A stretch of DNA of 60,538 bases. Source: Deferribacterales bacterium (lineage in GTDB: Bacteria > Chrysiogenota > Deferribacteres > Deferribacterales > Geovibrionaceae). A program made the translations under genes and the position numbers. Positions 27,239 to 36,978 of the stretch are shown one piece after another. Within the stretch, counting starts at the first letter, position 1, and each line of letters starts with the position of its first letter. Under the pieces are notes generated by a model, which saw only the letters and a list, made by a program, of their open reading frames with translations, was not told the DNA's origin and did no database searches. Where the stretch lies: contig JBFWJG010000007.1 in the NCBI GenBank assembly GCA_050253335.1, positions 1-60,538 of the forward strand, read 5' to 3'.

Positions 27239-27721
27239 TTATTCTGCTGAGCAGTATGCGTCAAATCCGTTGCGCTCGGCGTAAGCGGAAATATCAAACC
27301 CTTCCGGAGCGCACCCGCCGAAATCACAGGCGGCGGCAAAGCTTTCCCAGTTACGCCGGATAAGCGCTGCGTCCTTTTCCGCAGGGAAGCCGTTTTCGCA
27401 GATATCGGCAAAAAACAGTTCGGTTTCTCCCAGACTGCTTTCTGCGGAAGCGGTGAAAACTCCCTGCACTCCGCTGAGCGGTCTTTTTTCCGTTCCGTTG
27501 TCCGAAGCGTAAAAAAATAAACCGGAAGCAGTGTCAACAGCGGCAAAAGGCTTTTTCTCGCCTGCGGCATAAACGTAAAAAACGGCGCCGTTTCTGTCTG
27601 TTTTATTATCAGAACCGTTATCCCCGATTATCACTGTTACATTGCCCGAAGTGGCACGGAGAAAAAAATCGCATCCGGCAACCATCAGTAAGAGTATGAA
27701 CAGGGCTGTGAATCGTTTCAT
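27239..27721 (-). CDS. Hypothetical lipoprotein
   Basis: MKRF plus hydrophobic core and VAG-C lipobox. Confidence 0.65.
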   Translation of the reverse strand: MKRFTALFILLLMVAGCDFFLRATSGNVTVIIGDNGSDNKTDRNGAVFYVYAAGEKKPFAAVDTASGLFFYASDNGTEKRPLSGVQGVFTASAESSLGETELFFADICENGFPAEKDAALIRRNWESFAAACDFGGCAPEGFDISAYAERNGFDAYCSAE

Positions 27722-27821
27722 AGCCTACTATACAGCAATGCGGAGGAATTTGAAAGAAATTAGGGATAAAAAATATTGGAAATAAAGCGGGAAACCCGTG
27801 AAGGATTTCCCGCTGATTATC

Positions 27822-29075
27822 TTAGAACTTGTAAGTGAGGTTGACGGCGAAGATGTGTGCGTCCGTGTTTTTGAAATCGCCCGTCATTCTTGCTTCAGTC
27901 ACAGGTGAAGTGGGCATGTCGCCTGCTTCGTTGTCGAACTTCCTGTTTTCATCGTCAAGGTAGTTGTAGGCTACGTCAAGGTCAAAGCTTTTGCCGAAGT
28001 GAAAGCCCGCGCCCAGAGTGTAGAGCCATCTGTCGCCGGAAGGAAGCATAGGATCCACCCACTCGTCGGGGATGGGGCTGTAGTCTCTGATGATTCCCGC
28101 ACGCAGATCAACCATCTCATTCAGCTTGTACTGGCCGCCGAAACGGATTGCCCATACATCGTCCCAGTTTTTGGGTTTAACGCCTATGCCTGAAAGCCCT
28201 TCGGGGTTAAGTTCATCGTATGATGACCACTGGGTGTACTGACCGTCGAGTTCGAATGTCCATTTGCCGTTGGACCATGCGGCAGCAACGTATGTAACGG
28301 CGGGGAGTGTTATGTCCGCCTTGAAATCACCTTTAATCTGGGAAACATTCGCGAGAAGAGAGTCGGTTTCGCTCGTTCCTTCAACCTCATGCTTTATTTC
28401 GGGTCTGTAGCTCAGACCGAAACGCCAGTTTTTGCCGAGTTTGTAATGAGCGGCGATGTTCCAGCCCCATGCATCGCTGTCGCCTTCAAGTTTGAGATCC
28501 TCCGAAGGCATTCCCCATGTGCTGAAATTTGGGGTTCTGGAGCCGATGATTACATCCATTTTCTGGTAAACAAGACCAGCCGCGAGGCTGAGGTCGTTTG
28601 TGACTTTATAAGCTATTACGGGGTTAACAGTGTAAGTCGCTATTTCGGCGTTTTTGCCGCCCACAAGGTGAGCGCCTGCCCAGTCATCCTTCCAGTCCAT
28701 TCCGAGACCGAATGTGATGAAAGAGCCGAGACCGAAGGAAAGCCTGTCATTGATTTTCGTGGTGATATAAAAGTTAGGGATAATGAAGGTTCTGTCTTCA
28801 GTTTCACCTGAAACATCATTACCCGTAAATGTGCCTTCAAACTCTGTGGAAGGCTTGATAAAAGAAAAACCTAAAGAAACCTGAGTGCCCTCAAGCTGAG
28901 TGATGCCCGCGGGGTTGTAGTAAACTGCTGTGGGGTCGTCCGCCTGAGCCGCGAATGCTCCTCCCATACCAAGTGCCTTTGCGCCCTGCTCATTGATGGC
29001 AAAACCGCTCGCGAACGCCGCCGAAGGCAAAATAAAACACGCAGCGGCAATAATTAAAATTAAACGCCTGAACAT
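27822..29075 (-). CDS. fadL: OmpP1/FadL family outer-membrane transporter
   Basis: SGFAINEQGAKALGMGGAF..ADDPTAVYYNPAG; C-terminal YKF; ATG 29075 after AGGAG. Confidence 0.88.
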   Translation of the reverse strand: MFRRLILIIAAACFILPSAAFASGFAINEQGAKALGMGGAFAAQADDPTAVYYNPAGITQLEGTQVSLGFSFIKPSTEFEGTFTGNDVSGETEDRTFIIPNFYITTKINDRLSFGLGSFITFGLGMDWKDDWAGAHLVGGKNAEIATYTVNPVIAYKVTNDLSLAAGLVYQKMDVIIGSRTPNFSTWGMPSEDLKLEGDSDAWGWNIAAHYKLGKNWRFGLSYRPEIKHEVEGTSETDSLLANVSQIKGDFKADITLPAVTYVAAAWSNGKWTFELDGQYTQWSSYDELNPEGLSGIGVKPKNWDDVWAIRFGGQYKLNEMVDLRAGIIRDYSPIPDEWVDPMLPSGDRWLYTLGAGFHFGKSFDLDVAYNYLDDENRKFDNEAGDMPTSPVTEARMTGDFKNTDAHIFAVNLTYKF

Positions 29076-29343
29076 AAACAATCTCCTGACTTTTCTTGTG
29101 ATCCGCAAATTGCAAACAATTGACAACTTTATTGTTATTTAACAAAAGCGAAACCCGTACATAGATAAGACAAAGTTTTAGAATATGCAAGCAGAAATCC
29201 GACAGAAGCCGTTACGGCTTTTACGGCGGGGCTTTACACATTTTTTTATCCGTAAAAACACTTTTTCGGATCTGTTTCGGGATTTTTTAACAAAGATCGG
29301 CTATCATTAAGAAAAACGGCAATATCACGGCGGTAAAGAGACA

Positions 29344-31887
29344 ATGAGATTTCCTATGATTTTCACCAGCATACAGCAGAAAATTTTTCTTTATGCCGTT
29401 CTTCTGTTTTTCGGCATCCTGACGCTGAGCAGCTTCACGCTTTATTTCATAATAAAGACGGAGCTTCAGGGCAGGATAACCGAACAGCTCAATATCTATG
29501 CGGACAGCCTTACGGACATGGTGAAAATCTCCGTGGACAGCGCATCCGAGCAGTATCTGAAGGGAACCCTCCTTGAACGCGCCGCAGCCGTGGACGCAAT
29601 GAGCCGCAAAGGATTCAGCACCGCAGGCATTCTTGAGACAGCGTCAAAGCCCCCGCTGAAAGATTCCTCGGTGAGCATCAGAAACAAGGGCGGACAGCTT
29701 ATCGCATACGGAATAACAGGGAACGCCTCATCCTGCGGCACGGCGGAACTGCATACAGAAAAGTTTGTTAAAAACAGCGTTCACTATATATCAGGCACTT
29801 ACACCGCACCGGAAACAGGATGGTGCATAACAGTCTCAATCCCCTCCGCTTCCTTTAAGGACATACTTGAGGTTGAGGAAGTGCGTGAGGCTATTCTTGC
29901 TAAAAAACCGGGCAAAAGCGGCTATGCATATGTCATAGACTCCTCCGGCAATGTGATAATACACCCCGCCATAGAGAACACAAACATATACAACGAAGCC
30001 GACACAAACGGCAGATACTTCATCAGGGAAATAATTGAGAAGAAGAACGGTGAAACCTATTACCCGTGGAAAAACCCCGGGGAGGACGCGCCGAGGGAAA
30101 AGGTGGCAAGCCACAGATATATTCCGGAGCTGGACTGGATAGTCGCATCCTCAAGCTATCTGGATGAGATCTACTCGCCTCTTTTCAGGCTCAAAGTTTA
30201 TCTCACCGCAGTGTTTCTCATCTCAGTGATCACGGTCATCCCGCTTACAGTGTGGCTGAGCGCAGGCATAACAGGCCCGATAAAGGAACTCACGCAGGCC
30301 ATCGAGAAAGGCGGAAAAGGCATACGGCTGCAAAAGAAAACCGCTGACGAAACAGGAAGGCTGATAGACCATTTCAACAGATATATGGAAACAATAGACG
30401 ATTACAGCCGAAAACTGGAGCAGGATCTTCAGGACAAACTGCGGGCTGAAAACGCCCTGAAAAAAAGTCTGGAAACAGAGAAAGCAGTCAGCGACATATC
30501 CGCCGGCTTCATAAGCTTCTCTTCAATGCCCACTGACGAGATATTCAAAAACGCGCTGATTAAATTCAGTATGCTGATAGGAGCCTCACGGGCCGCGGTT
30601 TACAGAAAAACGGCAGACGGATGCAGAATCCCCTACAGATACGACCCCTCGGACTGCCCTCTGGGGACTGAGGAGTGCCGCTCATTCAGCAGATGGCTTT
30701 TCGAACGCACATCGGCCGAGCCGGAGCTGTTTATAGAATCCGTATGGCGAACGGGGGAAAATCCCTCTGCGATGCACTTTCTGAAAAGCAGAAGAACAGC
30801 CTCCGCTGCGGCTTCATCAATGAGCATTGAGCAGGAGAACGACACCGTCATCCTCTTTGAGTTCGAGGAGGCGCAGGGCACAGACGGATATTCGAATCTC
30901 CGTTCGGTGATAAGACTTTTCAGAAACATCTTCGACGGCGCTCTGAAAAGGGTCATGTGGGAGGACTCCATCCAGAAGGCGTATGACCAGATGGAGAGGA
31001 AGGTTCAGGAGCGCACATCGGAACTGACGGAAAAAACAGTTCAACTTGAAGAGTTCTCCAAAAATCTGGAAAAACGGGTTCAGGAAGAGACTGAAAAGCT
31101 GAGGACTCAGGAACAGCTTCTGGTTCAGCAGTCAAAAATGGCCGCCATGGGCGAGATGATAGGCTCAATAGCCCACCAGTGGCGCCAGCCGCTGAACGCT
31201 CTGGCTCTTCTTGTTCAGGACATAGAGGAGGCGCACATCTGCGGGGAGATAACAGACAGCTATATGTCGGCTACGGTCTCGGACGCCATGAAGCAGATAA
31301 ACCTCATGTCCTCCACCATAGACGATTTCCGCAATTTTTTCAGACCTAGCAAGCAGAAATCAAAAATAAACGTATGCTCCGCGGTGCAGGAGGTTATTTC
31401 CCTCATGGCATCGCAGATATCCAACAACGCCATAAACGTTCTTTTCACATGCGCTGCTCCCGGCAGAGGAAAAACTGCGGCAGCCGGGGAATACCCCGCA
31501 ATATTCATAAACGGTTATTCAAACGAGTTTAAGCATGTAATCATGAACATCCTCAATAACGCCAAAGATGAGATTGTCAAGATACGGGAAAAAGGGAAAG
31601 AGGAAGGGGTCATCAGCATTTCCGTCACTGTTGAAAACGGAACTGTGCGTCTCTCAGTAAAAGACAGCGGCGGCGGCATACCCCCTGAGTTTACAGAGCG
31701 GATATTTGAGCCCTATTTCACTACAAAAAACCCTGATAAAGGCACGGGAATAGGTCTTTACATGTCTAAAGTGATAATAGAGAGCAACATGGGCGGCAGG
31801 CTCAGAGCGGGAAACGTCAAGGGCGGAGGCGCGGAATTTATTATCGAGATTGAAGAAACTGAGCCTGATGACCACACCCTCCCCTGA
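29344..31887 (+). CDS. Sensor histidine kinase (Cache, HAMP, GAF-like, HisKA, HATPase)
   Basis: GYAYVID..G.VIIHP, YPWKNPG, QQSKMAAMGEMIGSIAHQWRQPL, NILNNAKD, DSGGG, GTGIGL. Confidence 0.9.
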   Translation: MRFPMIFTSIQQKIFLYAVLLFFGILTLSSFTLYFIIKTELQGRITEQLNIYADSLTDMVKISVDSASEQYLKGTLLERAAAVDAMSRKGFSTAGILETASKPPLKDSSVSIRNKGGQLIAYGITGNASSCGTAELHTEKFVKNSVHYISGTYTAPETGWCITVSIPSASFKDILEVEEVREAILAKKPGKSGYAYVIDSSGNVIIHPAIENTNIYNEADTNGRYFIREIIEKKNGETYYPWKNPGEDAPREKVASHRYIPELDWIVASSSYLDEIYSPLFRLKVYLTAVFLISVITVIPLTVWLSAGITGPIKELTQAIEKGGKGIRLQKKTADETGRLIDHFNRYMETIDDYSRKLEQDLQDKLRAENALKKSLETEKAVSDISAGFISFSSMPTDEIFKNALIKFSMLIGASRAAVYRKTADGCRIPYRYDPSDCPLGTEECRSFSRWLFERTSAEPELFIESVWRTGENPSAMHFLKSRRTASAAASSMSIEQENDTVILFEFEEAQGTDGYSNLRSVIRLFRNIFDGALKRVMWEDSIQKAYDQMERKVQERTSELTEKTVQLEEFSKNLEKRVQEETEKLRTQEQLLVQQSKMAAMGEMIGSIAHQWRQPLNALALLVQDIEEAHICGEITDSYMSATVSDAMKQINLMSSTIDDFRNFFRPSKQKSKINVCSAVQEVISLMASQISNNAINVLFTCAAPGRGKTAAAGEYPAIFINGYSNEFKHVIMNILNNAKDEIVKIREKGKEEGVISISVTVENGTVRLSVKDSGGGIPPEFTERIFEPYFTTKNPDKGTGIGLYMSKVIIESNMGGRLRAGNVKGGGAEFIIEIEETEPDDHTLP

Positions 31888-31993
31888 GATCGGCACATCC
31901 TGATACCTGTTGACATAAATCTATAAAATCTATATTTTAAATAGCAAATGATAAACCAGCGGATCTTTTGACAATTATTTTTCAATAATCCGC

Positions 31994-32035
31994 TTGACAT
32001 AATCCTACCGCATGGGTATATTTAGGCATACCTAA
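31994..32035 (+). promoter_or_regulatory. Sigma70 promoter with overlapping palindromic operator
   Basis: TTGACA (31994)-N17-TATATT (32017); TTAGG-CATA-CCTAA at 32022-32035. Confidence 0.6.
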
Positions 32036-32065
32036 CTTATTTAGTGATGATTAAGGAGACACGAT

Positions 32066-32410
32066 ATGACGGTATCAGTAGTAGGCGGACTTGACAGGCT
32101 CGAGAAAGAGTACATCAACGCCGGAAAAGTTTTAGGCGTCAAGACCAAGGTAATACTCAAAAAACAGACCCACATAGCGGATATACTTGAAAACAGCGAT
32201 GCTATAGTTCTTCTCACATCCAACATAGCCCACGGTGTGGCGAGCAAGGCCAGAAGCATCTCCAAGCAGAGAAACGTCCCCCTTTTCCAGATCCACAACT
32301 GCAGCGTGAAAAGCGTGGAAGGAACCATTGAGAAATGTCTCAGGCTTTTTGACAAGGGCGAATGTATGGGCGACTGCATAAACTGCAGCCAATACGCTAA
32401 AAATGCGTAG
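32066..32410 (+). CDS. DUF2325 family protein with Cys-rich tail
   Basis: VSVVGGLDRLEKEY...DAIVLLT..IAH...AR..VP; C-terminal CMGDCINC; AAGGAG RBS. Confidence 0.8.
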   Translation: MTVSVVGGLDRLEKEYINAGKVLGVKTKVILKKQTHIADILENSDAIVLLTSNIAHGVASKARSISKQRNVPLFQIHNCSVKSVEGTIEKCLRLFDKGECMGDCINCSQYAKNA

Positions 32411-32581
32411 AAATAATCCTTTTTCCATAAAAAACTGAACGCCGCTTTTCCTCTGCCTCCTTAAAGCGGCGTTTTTCTTATTTCTTTTTCCGGAATCCCC
32501 ATTAATAGCTATTAGCTCTTGCTTAATAAGCTCTTTGAAATTAGGATGTGTTAATAAGCACAGAACAGTGAGAGTTCCGCA

Positions 32582-34738
32582 ATGCAAAGAATTCTTTTAT
32601 TATTCCTGTTTTTCCTCACAGTATCACCCTCTTTCGGTGCGTCTGAAGACGCAATGCCCGTGAATTACTGCGTATATGAAAACCCGCCTATGATAAAAAT
32701 CAGCGGAAACAGCGGGATTGGCGGCATAGGCGCCGATATAATGAAATATGTCGCGGAGCAGGAAAATCTCAGAATAAACTATATAAACACCACATGGGAC
32801 AAATGTCTCGAACTGCTGGACAACGGCGGGGCAGACATAATCTTCCCCATCGCCTTCTCCAGAGAGCGCGCTGCGCTCTACCACTTCAACGATGAAACCG
32901 TTCTCACAAACTGGGGGCAGATATACTCCGCAGAGAAAGAAAAAATCACCTCCATACCCGATCTGGACGGCAAAAAAATCGCCGTTATCGAATCCGATAT
33001 ATACTTCAAGAGTGATCAGGGGCTTAAAAACCTCATTAAAGCGTTCAACATTCAGGCAACGTTCGTATACGCCGAAAGCTACCGTGAAATCATCGAAGCC
33101 GTGGACACAGGCAAGGCGGACGCCGGCCTGCTGAACAGGCTTTTCGGTCAGCTTAACGAAAGCAGATACAACGTGAGACGCACGCCTATACTCATTCACC
33201 CCATAGAGATCCGCTTCGCCATGCCAAAGGGCAAACAGAAGAGCCTTGTTCTCTCCGTTATGCTGGACAAGCATCTGGCGGAAATGAAAAATGACCAGAA
33301 TTCCCTTTATCACAAATCGCTTGATAAGTGGATGGGCGTGAAGGAAAAGGGTGACTTTTCGTCCACACTCAGGCTGATCACAATCGGACTGGGAATCCCC
33401 CTTATTCTGCTCTTTCTCATCAGCCTTTTCCTTGAGAAAAAAATCAAGAAGAAAACAGGCGAGCTCAGCGAGATAAACAGCCTGCTCATGAAAGAGATTG
33501 AAGAGAGAAAACAGGCCGAAAACAGACTGAGAAACAGCGAGGAAAAATACATAAGCCTTTTCCAGACCTCAGCGGATCCCATAATAATAATGGACTCTGC
33601 GGGAGTTATTCAGGATGCCAACAACGCTGTGGAAAGGCAGATCGGCTACACCTGCGCCGAACTGAAAGACAGAAAAATAAGCTACCTGTTCCCCGAGTTT
33701 GAGCTTGATGAAAACATGCCGGATCTCATTCAGGAAACCAGACAGCACTTCGAAAAAGAGCTTTACCGCAAAAACGGCGACAAGTTCGACGCGGAGATAG
33801 CCACCAACTCCTTCACCGCAGGAGAGAGCAGGTTTGTTCAGATCATAATAAGAGACATAACCGTCCGCAAAAAAACCCAACAGATACTTGCGCAGAAGAA
33901 AAAAGATCTGGAAAAGCGCGTTCAGGAAGAGGTTGAGCACAACCGGATTCAGGAACAAATGCTTATGCAGCAGTCCAAGCTGGCCGCAATGGGTCAGATG
34001 ATAAACGCCATAGCCCATCAGTGGAGGCAGCCGCTCACCACCATAGGTCTTTATGTTCAGGATGTGGAGGACGCCTTTGAGTACGGCGAACTGAACATGG
34101 AGTATATAAGCCAGTTCAGGGATCACTGCATGGAGCAGATAGCCTATATGTCGAAAACCATCGATGATTTCCGCAATTTCTTCAAACCGGACAAAGAGAA
34201 GGAGATATTCGACCTGTGCGAGATAGTGCGCGAGGTTCTTTCGCTGATCAACCCTCAGCTGATAAACAACAACATAGAGCTTCAGATCTTCTACGGGGAA
34301 CACCCTGTTGTGCTCAAGCCCGGGGTGATAGAGCTCCCCAGCCAGATAAAGTGCGTGACATCATACGGATATCCCAATGAATTCAAGCAGGTTCTCCTTA
34401 ACCTCATTTCAAACGCGCGGGACGCAATCATTGAGTCAAGGGAATCAGGCTCAAAGGAATCCGGACTGATCAGGCTTATTGTCCAGCCGGAAGGGGATAT
34501 AATCAAGATGACCCTTGAGGACAACGGATGCGGAATACCCGAAAATATAAGAGACAGAATATTTGAACCCTACTTCTCCACCAAAGAGGAAGGACAGGGG
34601 GTGGGCATAGGGCTTTACATGTCCAAAATCATCATTGAAAACAACATGGAAGGCAGAATATACACCAACCCGTGCGAAAAAGGCGCAAGCTTCACCATTG
34701 AACTCAAGCAGTGGAATATCGGAAAAATATCCGGCTGA
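32582..34738 (+). CDS. Sensor histidine kinase with periplasmic substrate-binding (SBP_bac_3) and PAS domains
   Basis: YENPP..G...DI...W...L..L..G..D...ER SBP motif; PAS; AHQWRQPL; DNGCG; GVGIGL. Confidence 0.9.
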   Translation: MQRILLLFLFFLTVSPSFGASEDAMPVNYCVYENPPMIKISGNSGIGGIGADIMKYVAEQENLRINYINTTWDKCLELLDNGGADIIFPIAFSRERAALYHFNDETVLTNWGQIYSAEKEKITSIPDLDGKKIAVIESDIYFKSDQGLKNLIKAFNIQATFVYAESYREIIEAVDTGKADAGLLNRLFGQLNESRYNVRRTPILIHPIEIRFAMPKGKQKSLVLSVMLDKHLAEMKNDQNSLYHKSLDKWMGVKEKGDFSSTLRLITIGLGIPLILLFLISLFLEKKIKKKTGELSEINSLLMKEIEERKQAENRLRNSEEKYISLFQTSADPIIIMDSAGVIQDANNAVERQIGYTCAELKDRKISYLFPEFELDENMPDLIQETRQHFEKELYRKNGDKFDAEIATNSFTAGESRFVQIIIRDITVRKKTQQILAQKKKDLEKRVQEEVEHNRIQEQMLMQQSKLAAMGQMINAIAHQWRQPLTTIGLYVQDVEDAFEYGELNMEYISQFRDHCMEQIAYMSKTIDDFRNFFKPDKEKEIFDLCEIVREVLSLINPQLINNNIELQIFYGEHPVVLKPGVIELPSQIKCVTSYGYPNEFKQVLLNLISNARDAIIESRESGSKESGLIRLIVQPEGDIIKMTLEDNGCGIPENIRDRIFEPYFSTKEEGQGVGIGLYMSKIIIENNMEGRIYTNPCEKGASFTIELKQWNIGKISG

Positions 34739-34896
34739 CGGGCTTATCCCGCTTATCTCCGAAAGAGAAGCCGTCCGTGCTTCAGAAAAACAAAACCCTC
34801 CCGTTCTGAGGGAGAGCCGCATTTCTCATTATTTTACAGGTTGTTCCGGACTGAGGAGGCTTCTTTGCGGCTTCAAAGCCGCATTAAACTCCCTTT

Positions 34897-36978
34897 TCAG
34901 CCTTTGGCGATTACAAACTCCGCCTCAAGCATATCATAGCTTATGCGGTCGGGCATTACCTCCACATAGTCGCCCACGCGGAACATATTCTTTTTTCTCC
35001 TGCCGACCAGAGCATTTCCGTCGTCACTGACGGCGTAATAGTCGCCCTCAAGTGATGATGTGTGAACATAGCCCTGAATCATAAGCTTATCCAGAAAAAC
35101 AAACATCCCGTTCGCGTTGACTCTGCTGATATAAGCGCTGAAGGGCTCGTCAAAATGGCTGTAGAGATATTTGAGGGTCTTGAATTTCTGTATGTCCCTT
35201 TCAGCCTGAGTCGAGTTCTGTTCAGCAGTGCTGCACATAGCGGCAAAGGCCTCAAGCCTTCCTCCGTCTATTTCATAAGGATCGTTAAACAGAACCGAAG
35301 CCAGAAGCCTGTGCACCAGAAGATCGGGATAACGGCGTATGGGGCTTGTGAAGTGGGTGTATGATTCGGATGCAAGCCCGAAGTGGCCGATGTTCGCTGT
35401 GGAGTAAACAGCTTTCGCCATGGCGCGCACAAGCTGTCCGCCGAGCACATGGGCATACTTGGAGTCATTCACCCTGTCGCATACCTCACGCACGGCTATA
35501 GTGTCTATGGTGTCCCCGAAGCTGACAGGCATGCCGAAGGAGGCGCACAAGTTCTCATACTCCTCAAGCTTCTGCCTGTCCGGCTTGTCATGCACGCGGT
35601 AGATGGATGCTCCCGCATTCTGCTCAAGGTATTCGGAAACGGCCTCGTTTGCCTCTATCATGAAGTTTTCTATAAGCCTGTGGGCTATGTTCCTCTCAAG
35701 GGGGTGAACATCCTTCAGGTCTCCGTTTTCGTCAAACTCAAAAACAGGCTCCGGCAGATCAAAGTCCAGCATCCCTTCAGTGCTTCTGCGCTTCATTATC
35801 TTTTCCGCAAGTTCGGCGGAGGCGGTGATCAGGAAGTTAAGCTCTTTGCTCCTCGTCTTATCCCTGCCTTCCAGAACATCGAAAACATATGTATAAGTCA
35901 GTCTTTTATCGCTTTTAATTACGGAGCGGTAGAACTTCTGCCCTGTTCTTCTGCCGTTTCCGTCAAAATCCATTGCCGCCGTCATGGTGAGCCTTTTCGT
36001 ATCCGGACGGAGACTGCAGAGGTCGTTAGAGAGCTTTTCAGGCAGCATGGGTATGGCAAACTCGGGGAAGTATGTGCTTGTGCCCCGTTTGAGGGCTTCC
36101 TTGTCCAGATAGGTGTCAGGACGGACAAAATGGCTCACGTCCGCAATGTGCACATAGAGCCTGTAGCCTTGTTCCGTTTTTTCGATGGAGATAGCGTCGT
36201 CAAAGTCCTTCGCCGTTTCGCCGTCAATGGTTACGGTGAAAAGTTCGGTGAAGTCCGTGCGTTTCCCCGCATTCTTTTTCAGCTTCTCGGCGCTTTCCTC
36301 AACCTCCTGAATAACACGTTTGGGAAATTCACGCTCAAGGCTGTATTTTGCCAGAACAATTTCATTCTCGATGCCTTTGTCGTCTATGGTACCGAGCTTT
36401 CTCACCACCTTCCCTTCGGGGCGGCGTTTCTTGTCGGGGTAAGCGGTCAGTTCGACTATTACTATATCACCGTCCTGAACGTCCTTTGCGTGGACTTCGG
36501 GGATGAATATGTCGTAAAGGAATTTTTTGTCCAGAGGCATACAGTATATGGCATAGCGCGATTTCTCTATGCGGCCCACAATCTTCTGCATACTGCGGCT
36601 TATTATTTTCACAACCCTCGCCTCGGTCTTGCCGCGGAATTTCTCAAGGCTAACGGCTACTATATCGCCATTCAGGGCGTTTCCCGTTTTCATCGCGGGC
36701 ACAAAGTAATCGCTCCCTCCGCCGGAAAGCGGAGTGAGGAAGGCATAGCCTTCGGGGTGAAAATCTATCTTTCCTGTTATGAGGTTTATTTCCTTGGCGG
36801 GGGCGTATCTGCCGGACTTCAGCTTAATCAGCTCCCCTGTGCGGGTGAGTTCGCTTATTATTTTTTTTACAATCTTTTTATCGATCCCCATCTGTTTGGC
36901 GATAACGCCTGAGGGGAGCGGGCTGTCGTTTTTCTCAAATATTTTAAGCAGTTCTTTTTTTAAATCAGTCAAATCCAT
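34897..36978 (-). CDS. rnr: Ribonuclease R
   Basis: HPEGYAF cold-shock domain, TIDGETAKDFDDA, VHIADVSHFV, HFGLA..YTHFTSPIRRYPDL, S1 domain. Confidence 0.93.
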   Translation of the reverse strand: MDLTDLKKELLKIFEKNDSPLPSGVIAKQMGIDKKIVKKIISELTRTGELIKLKSGRYAPAKEINLITGKIDFHPEGYAFLTPLSGGGSDYFVPAMKTGNALNGDIVAVSLEKFRGKTEARVVKIISRSMQKIVGRIEKSRYAIYCMPLDKKFLYDIFIPEVHAKDVQDGDIVIVELTAYPDKKRRPEGKVVRKLGTIDDKGIENEIVLAKYSLEREFPKRVIQEVEESAEKLKKNAGKRTDFTELFTVTIDGETAKDFDDAISIEKTEQGYRLYVHIADVSHFVRPDTYLDKEALKRGTSTYFPEFAIPMLPEKLSNDLCSLRPDTKRLTMTAAMDFDGNGRRTGQKFYRSVIKSDKRLTYTYVFDVLEGRDKTRSKELNFLITASAELAEKIMKRRSTEGMLDFDLPEPVFEFDENGDLKDVHPLERNIAHRLIENFMIEANEAVSEYLEQNAGASIYRVHDKPDRQKLEEYENLCASFGMPVSFGDTIDTIAVREVCDRVNDSKYAHVLGGQLVRAMAKAVYSTANIGHFGLASESYTHFTSPIRRYPDLLVHRLLASVLFNDPYEIDGGRLEAFAAMCSTAEQNSTQAERDIQKFKTLKYLYSHFDEPFSAYISRVNANGMFVFLDKLMIQGYVHTSSLEGDYYAVSDDGNALVGRRKKNMFRVGDYVEVMPDRISYDMLEAEFVIAKG

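Noticed and set aside
29100..29130. Sigma54 promoter upstream of fadL
   Set aside because: TGTCAA-N4-TTGCA lacks the invariant GG and has the wrong spacing.
35383..36912. 509-aa plus-strand ORF
   Set aside because: Antisense shadow of rnr. The same applies to 15958-16761, 23083-23763, 33569-34303, 50777-51508, 55575-56324 and the many short overlapping ORFs.
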